DNA of 64,000 nucleotides from Escherichia coli O157:H7 (GTDB lineage Bacteria; Pseudomonadota; Gammaproteobacteria; Enterobacterales; Enterobacteriaceae): NCBI RefSeq assembly GCF_013167455.1, contig NZ_CP038328.1; one strand, 5' to 3'. Shown piece by piece: positions 40,473 to 52,664 of this stretch (position 1 is its first letter; each line of letters starts with the position of its first letter). The notes under the pieces were generated by a model. It saw only the letters and a program-made list of their open reading frames with translations, ran no database searches and was not told where the DNA came from. The position numbers and the translations under genes were made by a program.

Positions 40473-42902
40473 TTACGAATACTTTTTCGTCCGTCGCGTC
40501 GGTGCCGTGTTTGCCGGGTCGTCCGGCCAGACGTGTTTGGGATAACGCCCTTTCATCTCCTTTTGCACCTCACGATACGCCCCTTTCCAGAAGGCCCCCA
40601 AATCACGCGTGATTTGCAGCGGCCTTTGGGCGGGTGAAAGCAATTCCAGCACCAGCGGCACGCGCCCCTGGGCGATCGTCGGATTAGTGGCCTCACCAAA
40701 CATCTCCTGCATTCTCACCGCCAGCGCGGGCGGGTTATCTTCATGATAACGAATGGCGATCCGGCTTCCCGTCGGCACAGTGTAATGCGCAGGCAATTCA
40801 CTATCCAGACGTTGCTGCATTCCCCAATCAAGTAATCCGCGTAGTGCCTGATAAATGTCGAGTGATTTCAGGCCGCGTAGTGAATGTACACCGGCCATAT
40901 GTGGCAGCAGCCACGTTTCCAGCGTCGCCAACAAACTTTCATCATCAACCGCTGGCCAGTCATATTCTGGCAACCACTTTCCGGCGCATAACAAACGCAA
41001 GCGTAGCTGTTCCGCTTCCGCCGTCCAGTTGAGCACGCTTAAACCTTTATCACGGATGCCGTTAAGCATCGCCTGATGCAACTCGTCTTCTGACGGTTTC
41101 GCCAACGGCTGCACTTTCACCGTCAACTGACCGATTTGCAGCCGACGCCAGGCTTTCAGCGTACCTTGCGCGTCATCCCATTCCACGGTGTCAGATTGCT
41201 GCACCAGCTGCGGACAGCGTTGTACTAATTCATCAATATCGACCGGTAACGCCAGTAAAATCCGCGCATCCGGCGAGGCGCTGCCCTGCAATAATAACGG
41301 CGCGATCAACCATTCGTGGCGACTTAGCGCGTCGTCGGCATCAAGCATCGCCCCCATGCCGTTTGCCAGTTGATAGCGTCCATCTTGCCCACGGCGGCGA
41401 GCAATGCGATCGGCAAACGCCCCGGCAAGTAGCGGCGCGATAAGCGAACTGTCTGCCTCACCGCCGCGTACGTTTAAGCGTTTTAACAGTTGCTGACTAC
41501 GTTGCTGCCAGGCTGGTTGATTGCGCGAAAACGCCACGCCCAGGTCACTATTGCCCATCCGTGGCGGCTCTTCGAGAATGGCGGCAATTTTTGCCGCGGT
41601 AGCAGCTTCGTCGTCGCTCTTTGCGCTAACCAGCATTGCCGCTAAACGCGGATCGTTACCCAGCGCTGCCATTTTTTGCCCTTGCGCACTAAGCCGTTCA
41701 CCGTCCAGCGCCCCCAGCATTTGTAACAGACGTTTCGCGGCCAGTAGATTCACCGTTGGCGGTTGATCCAGCCAGCTCATCTGCGCCGGATCGCTGCATC
41801 CCCATTGCAGTAATTCCATCAGCAAACCGGAAAGATCGCTTTGTAAGATCTCCGGTTCACTTTGCGCGGTAGCGCGTTCTGCTTGTTCTTTGGCGATTAA
41901 ATGCAGGCAGATACCCGGCTCCAGACGCCCGGCGCGCCCGGCACGCTGCGTCATCGACGCCTGACTGATTCGCTGAGTAATCAACCGCGTAAGCCCTGTT
42001 CGCGGATCAAAACGCGCCACCCTTTCCTGGGCACAATCCACCACCAGACGAATACCTTCAATGGTTAAACTGGTTTCAGCAATATTGGTCGCCAGCACCA
42101 CTTTGCGCATCCCTTGCGGTGCCGGGAGGATCGCTTTTCGCTGATCGTTCAGCGACAACGCGCCATACAGCGGGCAGAGCAATACATCACTGCCGATGCG
42201 CGAAGCCAGTTGTTCCTGCACACGCTGAATTTCTCCGACGCCAGGTAAAAATAACAGTAATGATCCGCTTTCCTGACGCAGCATTTCAGCGGTGGCTACC
42301 GCAACGGCATCGTCAAAACGCTGATGCGTGGGCAGCGGTAAATAACGGCGTTCAACCGGAAACGAGCGCCCTTCTGAGATGACGACGGGCGCTTCTGGCA
42401 GCATTTGCTGCAAGCGGTCGTTGTCCAGCGTAGCCGACATAATCAGCAGTTTAAGGTCATCACGCAGACCTTGTTGCACATCGAGTAACAGCGCCAACGC
42501 CAAATCCGCCTGCAAGCTACGCTCATGAAATTCATCAAGGATCACCAATCCAACACCGCTCAGTTCCGGGTCACGCTGGATCATCCGCGTCAGCACGCCT
42601 TCGGTAACTACTTCCAGGCGGGTATTCGGCCCGACGCAGTTTTGCGCACGCATCCGGTAGCCAACGGTATCGCCTGGCTTTTCGTTAAGCAGCTCCGCCA
42701 GCCGTTGCGCGACGTTACGCGCCGCCAGACGCCGTGGCTCCAGGAGGATAATTTTCCCGTTAATGCCGGGATGCGCCAGCAGTTGCAGCGGCAGCCAGGT
42801 TGATTTCCCGGCCCCGGTCGGCGCACTTAATAATACCTGCGGCGCATAATCGAGAGCGGTAAGTAATTCAGGTAACACGGCAGCAACGGGCAACGACGAC
42901 AC
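40473..42902 (-). CDS. hrpB: ATP-dependent RNA helicase HrpB (DEAH-box)
   Basis: 809 aa from GTG at 42900-42902 (M-SSLPVAAVLPELL...); Walker A SAPTGAGKST, DEFH box (VILDEFHERS). Confidence 0.92.
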   Translation of the reverse strand: MSSLPVAAVLPELLTALDYAPQVLLSAPTGAGKSTWLPLQLLAHPGINGKIILLEPRRLAARNVAQRLAELLNEKPGDTVGYRMRAQNCVGPNTRLEVVTEGVLTRMIQRDPELSGVGLVILDEFHERSLQADLALALLLDVQQGLRDDLKLLIMSATLDNDRLQQMLPEAPVVISEGRSFPVERRYLPLPTHQRFDDAVAVATAEMLRQESGSLLLFLPGVGEIQRVQEQLASRIGSDVLLCPLYGALSLNDQRKAILPAPQGMRKVVLATNIAETSLTIEGIRLVVDCAQERVARFDPRTGLTRLITQRISQASMTQRAGRAGRLEPGICLHLIAKEQAERATAQSEPEILQSDLSGLLMELLQWGCSDPAQMSWLDQPPTVNLLAAKRLLQMLGALDGERLSAQGQKMAALGNDPRLAAMLVSAKSDDEAATAAKIAAILEEPPRMGNSDLGVAFSRNQPAWQQRSQQLLKRLNVRGGEADSSLIAPLLAGAFADRIARRRGQDGRYQLANGMGAMLDADDALSRHEWLIAPLLLQGSASPDARILLALPVDIDELVQRCPQLVQQSDTVEWDDAQGTLKAWRRLQIGQLTVKVQPLAKPSEDELHQAMLNGIRDKGLSVLNWTAEAEQLRLRLLCAGKWLPEYDWPAVDDESLLATLETWLLPHMAGVHSLRGLKSLDIYQALRGLLDWGMQQRLDSELPAHYTVPTGSRIAIRYHEDNPPALAVRMQEMFGEATNPTIAQGRVPLVLELLSPAQRPLQITRDLGAFWKGAYREVQKEMKGRYPKHVWPDDPANTAPTRRTKKYS

Positions 42903-42975
42903 AAAACGCTCCAGAGGGTTAACATTCTTCGCGCCACATTGTAGCATCGCGGTAATTCATAACCGAGTGCCTCAC

Positions 42976-44225
<1,250 letters not shown>

Positions 44226-44402
44226 TAAAGTAAGTAACTGGTTAATTTACATTCTGGTCGCGTGCGCAAATACGCTTTTCCTCACACAGTTGTCAAGTGT
44301 TACGTTTAGATAATTGCTATCCGGAAAAGCATCTGCTATTTATAGCGGCCTCATTTTTCCCCCGAACATGGGGATCGATAGTGCGTGTTAAGGAGAAGCA
44401 AC

Positions 44403-44858
44403 ATGCAAGAAGGGCAAAACCGTAAAACATCGTCCCTGAGTATTCTCGCCATCGCTGGGGTGGAACCATATCAGGAGAAGCCGGGCGAAGAGTATATGAA
44501 TGAAGCCCAGCTGGCGCACTTCCGTCGTATTCTGGAAGCATGGCGTAATCAACTCAGGGATGAAGTCGATCGCACCGTTACACATATGCAGGATGAAGCA
44601 GCCAATTTCCCGGACCCGGTAGACCGTGCAGCCCAGGAAGAAGAGTTCAGCCTCGAACTGCGTAACCGCGATCGCGAGCGTAAGCTGATCAAAAAGATCG
44701 AGAAGACGCTGAAAAAAGTGGAAGACGAAGATTTCGGCTACTGTGAATCCTGCGGTGTTGAAATTGGTATTCGCCGTCTGGAAGCGCGCCCGACAGCCGA
44801 TCTGTGCATCGACTGCAAAACGCTGGCTGAAATTCGCGAAAAACAGATGGCTGGCTAA
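44403..44858 (+). CDS. dksA: RNA polymerase-binding transcription factor DksA
   Basis: 151 aa from ATG 44403 preceded by AAGGAGAAG; C4 zinc finger CESC...CIDC. Confidence 0.96.
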   Translation: MQEGQNRKTSSLSILAIAGVEPYQEKPGEEYMNEAQLAHFRRILEAWRNQLRDEVDRTVTHMQDEAANFPDPVDRAAQEEEFSLELRNRDRERKLIKKIEKTLKKVEDEDFGYCESCGVEIGIRRLEARPTADLCIDCKTLAEIREKQMAG

Positions 44859-44886
44859 TTACAGCCGTTCCATCACGTTTACCACA

Positions 44887-44914
44887 GGCGGGAAATGCTC
44901 CCGCCTTATTTTTT
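44887..44914 (+). terminator. Intrinsic terminator between dksA and gluQ
   Basis: GGCGGGA-aatgc-TCCCGCC hairpin followed by TTATTTTTT, 29 nt after the dksA stop. Confidence 0.8.
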
Positions 44915-45821
44915 GTTCAAAGAGATGACAGACACACAGTATATTGGCCGCTTCGCCCCCTCTCCTTCCGGCGAGCTTCATTTTGGTTCTCTGATTGCTG
45001 CGCTTGGCAGCTATTTGCAGGCTCGCGCCCGGCACGGTCGCTGGCTGGTACGCATTGAAGATATCGACCCGCCTCGTGAAGTTCCCGGTGCCGCAGAAAC
45101 TATCCTGCGCCAGCTGGAACATTACGGTCTGCACTGGGACGGCGATGTTCTCTGGCAATCGCAACGTCACCACGCCTATCGTGAAGCACTCGCCTGGTTA
45201 CATGAACAAGGACTAAGTTATTACTGCACCTGCACGCGTGCGCGTATTCAAAGCATTGGCGGTATTTACGACGGTCATTGCCGGGTGTTGCATCATGGAC
45301 CAGACAACGCCGCAGTGCGTATCCGCCAGCAGCATCCGGTCACGCAATTTACTGACCAGCTGCGCGGCATTATTCACGCCGACGAAAAACTGGCACGGGA
45401 AGATTTTATTATTCATCGCCGTGATGGTTTGTTTGCCTATAACCTGGCGGTGGTGGTGGATGATCACTTCCAGGGCGTGAGCGAAATTGTCCGCGGGGCA
45501 GATTTGATCGAACCGACAGTGCGGCAAATCTCGCTGTACCAGCTTTTTGGCTGGAAAGTGCCAGATTACATTCATCTGCCGCTGGCGCTTAATCCACAAG
45601 GCGCTAAACTTTCCAAGCAGAATCATGCGCCTGCGTTGCCGAAAGGCGATCCACGCCCGGTACTAATCGCGGCACTTCAATTTCTGGGGCAGCAGGCAGA
45701 AGCACACTGGCAGGATTTCAGCGTCGAGCAAATCCTTCAGTCAGCCGTCAAAAACTGGCGGCTTACCGCAGTGCCTGAGTCGGCAATTGTAAATTCAACA
45801 TTCTCAAATGCGTCATGCTGA
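44895..45821 (+). CDS. gluQ: Glutamyl-Q tRNA(Asp) synthetase
   Basis: 308-aa ORF from ATG 44895 (alternative ATG 44925 gives 298 aa, [10 protein letters not shown]...); class I HIGH-like HFGSL and KLSKQ motifs. Confidence 0.88.
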   Translation: MLPPYFLFKEMTDTQYIGRFAPSPSGELHFGSLIAALGSYLQARARHGRWLVRIEDIDPPREVPGAAETILRQLEHYGLHWDGDVLWQSQRHHAYREALAWLHEQGLSYYCTCTRARIQSIGGIYDGHCRVLHHGPDNAAVRIRQQHPVTQFTDQLRGIIHADEKLAREDFIIHRRDGLFAYNLAVVVDDHFQGVSEIVRGADLIEPTVRQISLYQLFGWKVPDYIHLPLALNPQGAKLSKQNHAPALPKGDPRPVLIAALQFLGQQAEAHWQDFSVEQILQSAVKNWRLTAVPESAIVNSTFSNASC

Positions 45822-45880
45822 GCTATGATTAGCCGCTATTTTTTTGTCCTGAATGATGTTTGACACTACCGAGGTGTACT

Positions 45881-47278
45881 ATTTTTACCCGAGTCGCTAA
45901 TTTTTGCCGCAAGGTGCTAAGCCGCGAGGAAAGCGAGGCTGAACAGGCAGTCGCCCGTCCACAGGTGACGGTGATCCCGCGTGAGCAGCATGCTATTTCC
46001 CGCAAAGATATCAGTGAAAATGCCCTGAAGGTAATGTACAGGCTCAATAAAGCGGGATACGAAGCCTGGCTGGTTGGCGGCGGCGTGCGCGACCTGTTAC
46101 TCGGCAAAAAGCCGAAAGATTTTGACGTAACCACTAACGCCACGCCTGAGCAGGTGCGCAAACTGTTCCGTAACTGCCGCCTGGTGGGTCGCCGTTTCCG
46201 TCTGGCTCATGTGATGTTTGGCCCGGAGATTATCGAAGTTGCGACCTTCCGTGGACACCACGAAGGTAACGTCAGCGACCGCACGACCTCCCAACGCGGG
46301 CAAAACGGCATGTTGCTGCGCGACAACATTTTCGGCTCCATCGAAGAAGACGCCCAGCGCCGCGATTTCACTATCAACAGCCTGTATTACAGCGTAGCGG
46401 ATTTTACCGTCCGTGATTACGTTGGCGGTATGAAGGATCTGAAGGACGGTGTTATCCGTCTGATTGGTAACCCGGAAACGCGCTACCGTGAAGATCCGGT
46501 ACGTATGCTGCGCGCAGTACGTTTTGCCGCCAAATTGGGTATGCGCATCAGCCCGGAAACCGCAGAACCGATCCCTCGCCTCGCTACCCTGCTGAACGAT
46601 ATCCCACCGGCACGCCTGTTTGAAGAATCGCTTAAACTGCTACAAGCGGGCTACGGTTACGAAACCTATAAGCTGTTGTGTGAATATCATCTGTTCCAGC
46701 CGCTGTTCCCGACCATTACCCGCTACTTCACGGAAAATGGCGACAGCCCGATGGAGCGGATCATTGAACAGGTGCTGAAGAATACCGATACGCGTATCCA
46801 TAACGATATGCGCGTGAACCCGGCGTTCCTGTTTGCCGCCATGTTCTGGTACCCACTGCTGGAGACGGCACAGAAGATCGCCCAGGAAAGCGGCCTGACC
46901 TATCACGACGCTTTCGCGCTGGCGATGAACGACGTGCTGGACGAAGCCTGCCGTTCACTGGCAATCCCGAAACGTCTGACGACGTTAACCCGCGATATCT
47001 GGCAGTTGCAGTTGCGTATGTCCCGACGTCAGGGTAAACGCGCATGGAAATTGCTGGAGCATCCTAAGTTCCGTGCGGCTTATGACCTGTTGGCCTTGCG
47101 AGCTGAAGTTGAGCGTAACGCTGAACTGCAGCGTCTGGTGAAATGGTGGGGTGAGTTCCAGGTTTCCGCGCCACCAGACCAAAAAGGGATGCTCAACGAG
47201 CTGGATGAAGAACCGTCACCGCGTCGTCGTACTCGTCGTCCACGCAAACGCGCACCACGTCGTGAGGGTACCGCATGA
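45881..47278 (+). CDS. pcnB: Poly(A) polymerase I
   Basis: 465 aa beginning at ATT 45881-45883 ([21 protein letters not shown]...), the recognised non-canonical AUU start; nucleotidyltransferase motif [18 protein letters not shown]; basic C-terminus. Confidence 0.88.
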
Positions 47279-47757
47279 CAGTGGCGTATATTGCCATAGG
47301 CAGCAATCTGGCCTCTCCGCTGGAGCAGGTCAATGCTGCCCTGAAAGCATTAGGCGATATCCCTGAAAGCCACATTCTTACCGTTTCTTCGTTTTACCGC
47401 ACCCCACCGCTGGGGCCGCAAGATCAACCCGATTACTTAAACGCAGCCGTGGCGCTGGAAACAACACTTGCGCCTGAAGAATTACTTAATCACACACAGC
47501 AAATAGAGTTGCAGCAAGGTCGCGTTCGTAAAGCAGAACGCTGGGGACCGCGCACACTCGATCTTGATATCATGTTGTTTGGTAATGAAACCATTAATAC
47601 CGAACGACTCACCGTCCCGCATTACGATATGAAGAATCGCGGCTTTATGCTGTGGCCGCTGTTTGAGATTGCCCCGGAACTCGTGTTTCCTGATGGGGAG
47701 ACATTACGTGAAATACTCACTTCGCTAGCAGTACTACAACCTGCCATCTGGTATTAG
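47275..47757 (+). CDS. folK: 2-amino-4-hydroxy-6-hydroxymethyldihydropteridine pyrophosphokinase
   Basis: 160-aa ORF overlapping pcnB stop (ATGA); HPPK family; C-terminal residues differ from the K-12 protein as I recall it. Confidence 0.92.
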
Positions 47758-48037
47758 CTGTATTATTTTATTTTCTTATCTTACTCCTCACTTCCCCTCT
47801 TACAGATTAAATATACTTAATTTACATTTTAGTTTTTTTTAATTAATTCATGAAATAGCACTTCATGCAAATAGATTAGGCATTTTTTGTTTAAAAAACC
47901 TAGAATAGCAACAATTCAATACACCACGTAAATATATTCACACCCGTGATAATTCACCCCTATTACATCCTCCAAAAACTTTGAGTAATATCCGCTCGCA
48001 ATATTAATTTCATATAATTTTTGTAAGGATGCATGTA
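47758..48037 (+). promoter_or_regulatory. AT-rich upstream region of the yad fimbrial operon
   Basis: 280 bp of strongly AT-rich sequence with A/T tracts directly upstream of the first fimbrial gene; typical of H-NS-silenced fimbrial promoters. Confidence 0.55.
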
Positions 48038-48634
48038 ATGAAAAAAGCACTTCTCGCAGCCGCTCTGGTTATGGCTTCTGGTTCCGCCCTGGCTGTAGAT
48101 GGTGGTCATATCGACTTTAACGGTATGGTACAGTCCGGTACCTGTAAAGTGGGTGTGGTAGATACTGGTATGCATAGCGTTACCACTGATGGCGTGGTTA
48201 CCCTGGATACTGCGAATGTTACTGATACTTTTGCTGAAGTTAGCGCAACTGCTGTCGGTTTACTGCCGAAAGAGTTCATGATTTCTGTTGAGTGTGATCC
48301 AGGTGCTCCGAAGAATGCTGAGTTAACTATGGGTTCTGCAAGTTACGCGAACACCAGCGGTACCCTGAATAACAATATGAACATCACTGTTAACGGTATT
48401 GCACCGGCTCAGAACGTAAACATTGCAGTTCATAACATGAAAAACAAAGCTGGCGCTGCTGAAATTAAGCAGGTCCATATGAACAACTCTTCTGAAGTTC
48501 AGGAACTGACATTAGACGCAGAAGGTAAAGGCCAGTACGTATTTAACGCATCTTACGTTAAAGCACCGAACAGCCCGGCTGTAACTGCTGGTCATGTAAC
48601 CACTAACGCGCTGTACACCGTTGCTTATAAGTAA
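48038..48634 (+). CDS. yadN: Fimbrial major subunit (yadN-type)
   Basis: 198 aa from ATG 48038 (good spacing to AAGGA; ORF-track start 48029 is 9 nt upstream); signal peptide MKKALLAAALVMASGSALA; first gene of the operon. Confidence 0.88.
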   Translation: MKKALLAAALVMASGSALAVDGGHIDFNGMVQSGTCKVGVVDTGMHSVTTDGVVTLDTANVTDTFAEVSATAVGLLPKEFMISVECDPGAPKNAELTMGSASYANTSGTLNNNMNITVNGIAPAQNVNIAVHNMKNKAGAAEIKQVHMNNSSEVQELTLDAEGKGQYVFNASYVKAPNSPAVTAGHVTTNALYTVAYK

Positions 48635-48720
48635 TTGATGGTGTGTTGAGCATAAGGTTTGCCAGCAGGCAAACCTTATTTTCGCGAATTTAATCTTTCT
48701 ACAGACAGCAAGGAGTGCTT

Positions 48721-49446
48721 ATGTTTCCCTTGGTTAAAAAAACGGTTAGTGCATTATTTGTGAGTACTCTGTTAGCCAGTGCACCAGCATTCGCTGACAT
48801 TATTATTTCCGGAACACGTATCATTTATAACGCTGATAAAAAAGATGTTAACGTTCGTCTGGAAAATAAAGGGAATCGCCCCTTACTGATTCAGAACTGG
48901 TTGGATACGGGCGATGACAATGCCGATCCCAGCCAGATCAAAGTGCCGTTTACCGCGACCCCACCAGTTTCACGCGTGGAGCCAAAACGCGGTCAAACCG
49001 TAAAAGTGATGTATACCGGTGCAACAGCCCTGCCGAAAGACCGTGAAAGCGTCTACTGGTTTAACGTGCTGGAAGTGCCGCCTAAGCCGAAAGATGCTGA
49101 GGCTGACAAAAACTTGTTACAGCTGGCTTTCCGCACACGCATCAAACTCTTTTATCGCCCGAGTGGGTTACAGGGAGAACCGGCTGAAGCACCGGCGAAA
49201 ATCACCTGGAAATTAAACAACGCTCAGTTACAGGCAAATAACCCAACGCCATATTACGTGTCCTTTAATGAGGTCAAGCTGGAAAGCGGCGGCAAAACCT
49301 ACAACGTCAATTCCAGCATGGTCACGCCGTTCAGCCAGGCAAGCTTTGGCGTAACCAGTCTGCCAGGAAGCGTGTCATCCGGAAAAGTGGTCTTTAAAGC
49401 GATCAACGACTTTGGCGGCAACATTGATGGTTCCGCAACATTCTAA
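48721..49446 (+). CDS. yadV: Periplasmic fimbrial chaperone (PapD-like)
   Basis: 241 aa from ATG 48721 preceded by AAGGAG; signal peptide and PapD-like two-domain chaperone sequence. Confidence 0.9.
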   Translation: MFPLVKKTVSALFVSTLLASAPAFADIIISGTRIIYNADKKDVNVRLENKGNRPLLIQNWLDTGDDNADPSQIKVPFTATPPVSRVEPKRGQTVKVMYTGATALPKDRESVYWFNVLEVPPKPKDAEADKNLLQLAFRTRIKLFYRPSGLQGEPAEAPAKITWKLNNAQLQANNPTPYYVSFNEVKLESGGKTYNVNSSMVTPFSQASFGVTSLPGSVSSGKVVFKAINDFGGNIDGSATF

Positions 49447-49487
49447 AAAATAAACGGATTCTTTTTAACATCGCCAGGAATGCAACC

Positions 49488-52088
49488 TTGTACCAGTTTA
49501 CTCATCAAAAAAGCCGTATCCCGAAAAAAACGCTACTTGCGGCCTGTTGTGCCCTGTTTTATAGCAGCAACGGTGCTGCGGCGGACACCGTGGAATATGA
49601 CAGTTCCTTTTTAATGGGAACTGGCGCATCAACGATTGATGTTAAACGTTATGCTCAAGGCAACCCGACACCGCCGGGTCTCTATAATGTCCGCGTATTT
49701 GTAAACGGTCAGGCGACTTCCAGCTTAGAAATTCCGTTTGTGGATATTGGCGAAAACAGTGCGGCGGCCTGTCTTACCCATAAAAACCTGGCGCAACTTC
49801 ACATTAAGCAACCTGAACAGCCTGTCACTTTACTCGCCAGAGAAGGTGAAGAAGAGGATTGTCTGGATCTGGCAAAGTCATACGAAAAGGCGGATGTGTG
49901 CTTTGACGGTAGTGACCAGTTTCTCGATCTGACGATCCCTCAGGCCTATGTTCTGAAAAGCTATGGCGGCTACGTTGACCCTTCTTTATGGGAATCGGGA
50001 ATTAACGCTGCCACACTGGCATATACCCTGAACGCGTATCACACAAGTTCAGATAACGACAATAGTGACAGCGTCTATGGCGCGTTCAACTCAGGTATCA
50101 ATTTAGGAGCCTGGCACTTTCGTGCGCGCGGTAACTATAACTGGACAACAGATAACGGCAGCGATTTCGATTTCCAGGATCGTTACTTACAGCGTGACAT
50201 TCCGGCAATCCGTTCCCAGATAATTATGGGTGATGCCTATACCACCGGTGAAACGTTTGACTCTGTCAACGTCCGTGGTGTTCGCCTGTACAGCGACAGC
50301 CGTATGCTGCCTTCGGCGCTGGCCAGTTACGCTCCGACCATCCGCGGTGTAGCAAACTCCAACGCCAAAGTCACCGTGACGCAAAGCGGATATAAAATTT
50401 ATGAAACCACCGTTCCGCCCGGTGAATTTGTTATAGACGACATTAGCCCTTCCGGCTTTGGTAGCGAACTGGTCGTGACCATTGAAGAAGCGGATGGTTC
50501 CAAACGCACCTTTACGCAACCCTTCTCGTCGGTTGTACAAATGCAACGTCCTGGTGTGGGCCGTTGGGATTTCAGCGCGGGTAAAGTCATTGATGACAGT
50601 CTGCGATCCGAACCCAATATGGGGCAAGCCTCTTATTACTATGGTCTGAATAACCTCTTCACGGGTTATACCGGCATTCAGTTCACCGATAATAACTATC
50701 TTGCCGGGCTGTTAGGTGTGGGTATCAACACCAGCATCGGCGCCTTTGCGGTAGACGTTACCCATTCCCGTGCTGAAATTCCGGATGATAAAACCTACCA
50801 GGGGCAAAGTTATCGCGTGACCTGGAACAAACTTTTCCAGGATACCGGGACATCATTTAACCTCGCGGCGTACCGCTATTCCACCCAGGATTACCTGGGC
50901 CTGCATGATGCGTTAGTCCTCATTGACGACGCCAAGCATTTGTCTGCCGATGAAGACAAAAACACCATGCAGACGTACTCACGTATGAAAAACCAGTTTA
51001 CCGTCAGCATTAACCAGCCATTGAATATCGCCTATGAAGATTACGGTTCGCTGTTTATTTCCGGTAGCTGGACGTATTACTGGGCGGCGAACAATAGCCG
51101 CACTGAATATAATGTTGGTTACAGTAAAAGCGTTTCGTGGGGCAGTTTCAGCGTCAACCTACAACGTAGCTGGAATGAAGACGGCGAGAAAGATGACGCG
51201 ATGTACGTCAGCGTTAGCGTACCTATTGAGAATATTTTAGGTGGCAAACGTAAGTCTTCTGGTTTCCGCAATTTAAATACTCAGCTCAATACCGATTTCG
51301 ATGGTTCACATCAGTTGAATGTTAACAGTTCCGGTAACACTGAAAACAATCTGGTGAACTACAGTGTCAACGCAGGTTATAGCCTCGATAAAAACGCCGG
51401 CGATTTAGCCTCTGTTGGTGGTTATCTCAACTATGAATCTGGGTTAGGCGGTATTTCCGCTTCGGCCTCGGCCACTTCTGATAACAGCCAACAGTACTCC
51501 ATCTCAACCGATGGCGGCTTTGTATTACACAGTGGTGGTTTAACGTTCACTAACAACAGTTTCAGCAGTAACGACACGCTGGTGTTAATCAACGCCCTAG
51601 GTGCTAAAGGCGCACGAATCAATAACAGTAATAACGAAATCGATCGCTGGGGATATGCCGTGACGTCCTCTGTCAGCCCATATCGTGAAAACCGGGTAGG
51701 TCTGAACATTGAAACACTGGAAAACGATGTTGAACTGAAAAGTACCAGCGCCACCACCGTACCACGTAGCGGCTCCGTTGTTTTGACCCGTTTCGAAACT
51801 GACGAGGGGCGTTCTGCCGTGCTGAATATTACTGCCGCCAATGGCAAATCCATTCCGTTTGCTGCGGAGGTTTACCAGGGTGAGGTGATGATCGGCAGCA
51901 TGGGCCAGGGTGGTCAGGCATTTGTACGCGGTATTAACGACAGCGGGGAATTAATCGTGCGCTGGTATGAAAACAACCAAACCATTGACTGTAAGTTGCA
52001 CTACCAGTTCCCGGCGCAGCCACAAACGCAGGGAAGCACCAACACCTTATTACTTAACAATCTTACCTGTCAGGTAGCAAATCACTAA
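49488..52088 (+). CDS. htrE: Fimbrial outer membrane usher (HtrE-type)
   Basis: 866-aa ORF from TTG 49488 (no in-frame ATG before the signal peptide); usher family. Confidence 0.9.
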   Translation: MYQFTHQKSRIPKKTLLAACCALFYSSNGAAADTVEYDSSFLMGTGASTIDVKRYAQGNPTPPGLYNVRVFVNGQATSSLEIPFVDIGENSAAACLTHKNLAQLHIKQPEQPVTLLAREGEEEDCLDLAKSYEKADVCFDGSDQFLDLTIPQAYVLKSYGGYVDPSLWESGINAATLAYTLNAYHTSSDNDNSDSVYGAFNSGINLGAWHFRARGNYNWTTDNGSDFDFQDRYLQRDIPAIRSQIIMGDAYTTGETFDSVNVRGVRLYSDSRMLPSALASYAPTIRGVANSNAKVTVTQSGYKIYETTVPPGEFVIDDISPSGFGSELVVTIEEADGSKRTFTQPFSSVVQMQRPGVGRWDFSAGKVIDDSLRSEPNMGQASYYYGLNNLFTGYTGIQFTDNNYLAGLLGVGINTSIGAFAVDVTHSRAEIPDDKTYQGQSYRVTWNKLFQDTGTSFNLAAYRYSTQDYLGLHDALVLIDDAKHLSADEDKNTMQTYSRMKNQFTVSINQPLNIAYEDYGSLFISGSWTYYWAANNSRTEYNVGYSKSVSWGSFSVNLQRSWNEDGEKDDAMYVSVSVPIENILGGKRKSSGFRNLNTQLNTDFDGSHQLNVNSSGNTENNLVNYSVNAGYSLDKNAGDLASVGGYLNYESGLGGISASASATSDNSQQYSISTDGGFVLHSGGLTFTNNSFSSNDTLVLINALGAKGARINNSNNEIDRWGYAVTSSVSPYRENRVGLNIETLENDVELKSTSATTVPRSGSVVLTRFETDEGRSAVLNITAANGKSIPFAAEVYQGEVMIGSMGQGGQAFVRGINDSGELIVRWYENNQTIDCKLHYQFPAQPQTQGSTNTLLLNNLTCQVANH

Positions 52089-52089
52089 T

Positions 52090-52650
52090 ATGGAAAATTC
52101 TATGAAAAGGATACTACTAACATCCGCGTTAATAGGCCTGGGTTTACCGGCGGTTGGCTCTGCAACAGATCTTAATGTCGATTTTACGGCCACCGTATTA
52201 GCCACCACCTGCACGATAACTATAGTGGAAGATGGTGGTCCAGCAGTGACCGGTAGTAACGATGAATACAGCCTGACAATTCCTGATGTTGGTCTGGATA
52301 AAGTCGCTACCGCTGCGCCCGAAGCTCAGGCCAACTTTAAATTAAAGGCCTCCGATTGCAGCAATGGTTACTCAAAGATTTTTACCACACTTACAGGAAC
52401 AACGGTTTCCGGTAAGTTAATTGTTAATGAAGCAACCTCTGGCGCTGCTGGGGTGGGGATGGGGATTAAGCGTAGAGATACCGCAGACTCGACTTTCTTC
52501 ACACCCAATAATACTGACAAATTTGAATGGAGCGCCGATGAGAAAGCCAGCGGTGTGCCTCTGACCGTAGCACTGCGCGAAACAACGGCGGGAGCAGGAC
52601 GCACCGGTGCGTTTCAGGCAAAAGCCACCTTTAACTTCACCTACGAATAA
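52090..52650 (+). CDS. yadM: Fimbrial minor subunit (yadM-type)
   Basis: 186 aa, signal peptide, C-terminal ...ATFNFTYE donor-strand-acceptor motif; start 52090 or 52102. Confidence 0.85.
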   Translation: MENSMKRILLTSALIGLGLPAVGSATDLNVDFTATVLATTCTITIVEDGGPAVTGSNDEYSLTIPDVGLDKVATAAPEAQANFKLKASDCSNGYSKIFTTLTGTTVSGKLIVNEATSGAAGVGMGIKRRDTADSTFFTPNNTDKFEWSADEKASGVPLTVALRETTAGAGRTGAFQAKATFNFTYE

Positions 52651-52664
52651 CAGGGACAGCCACC

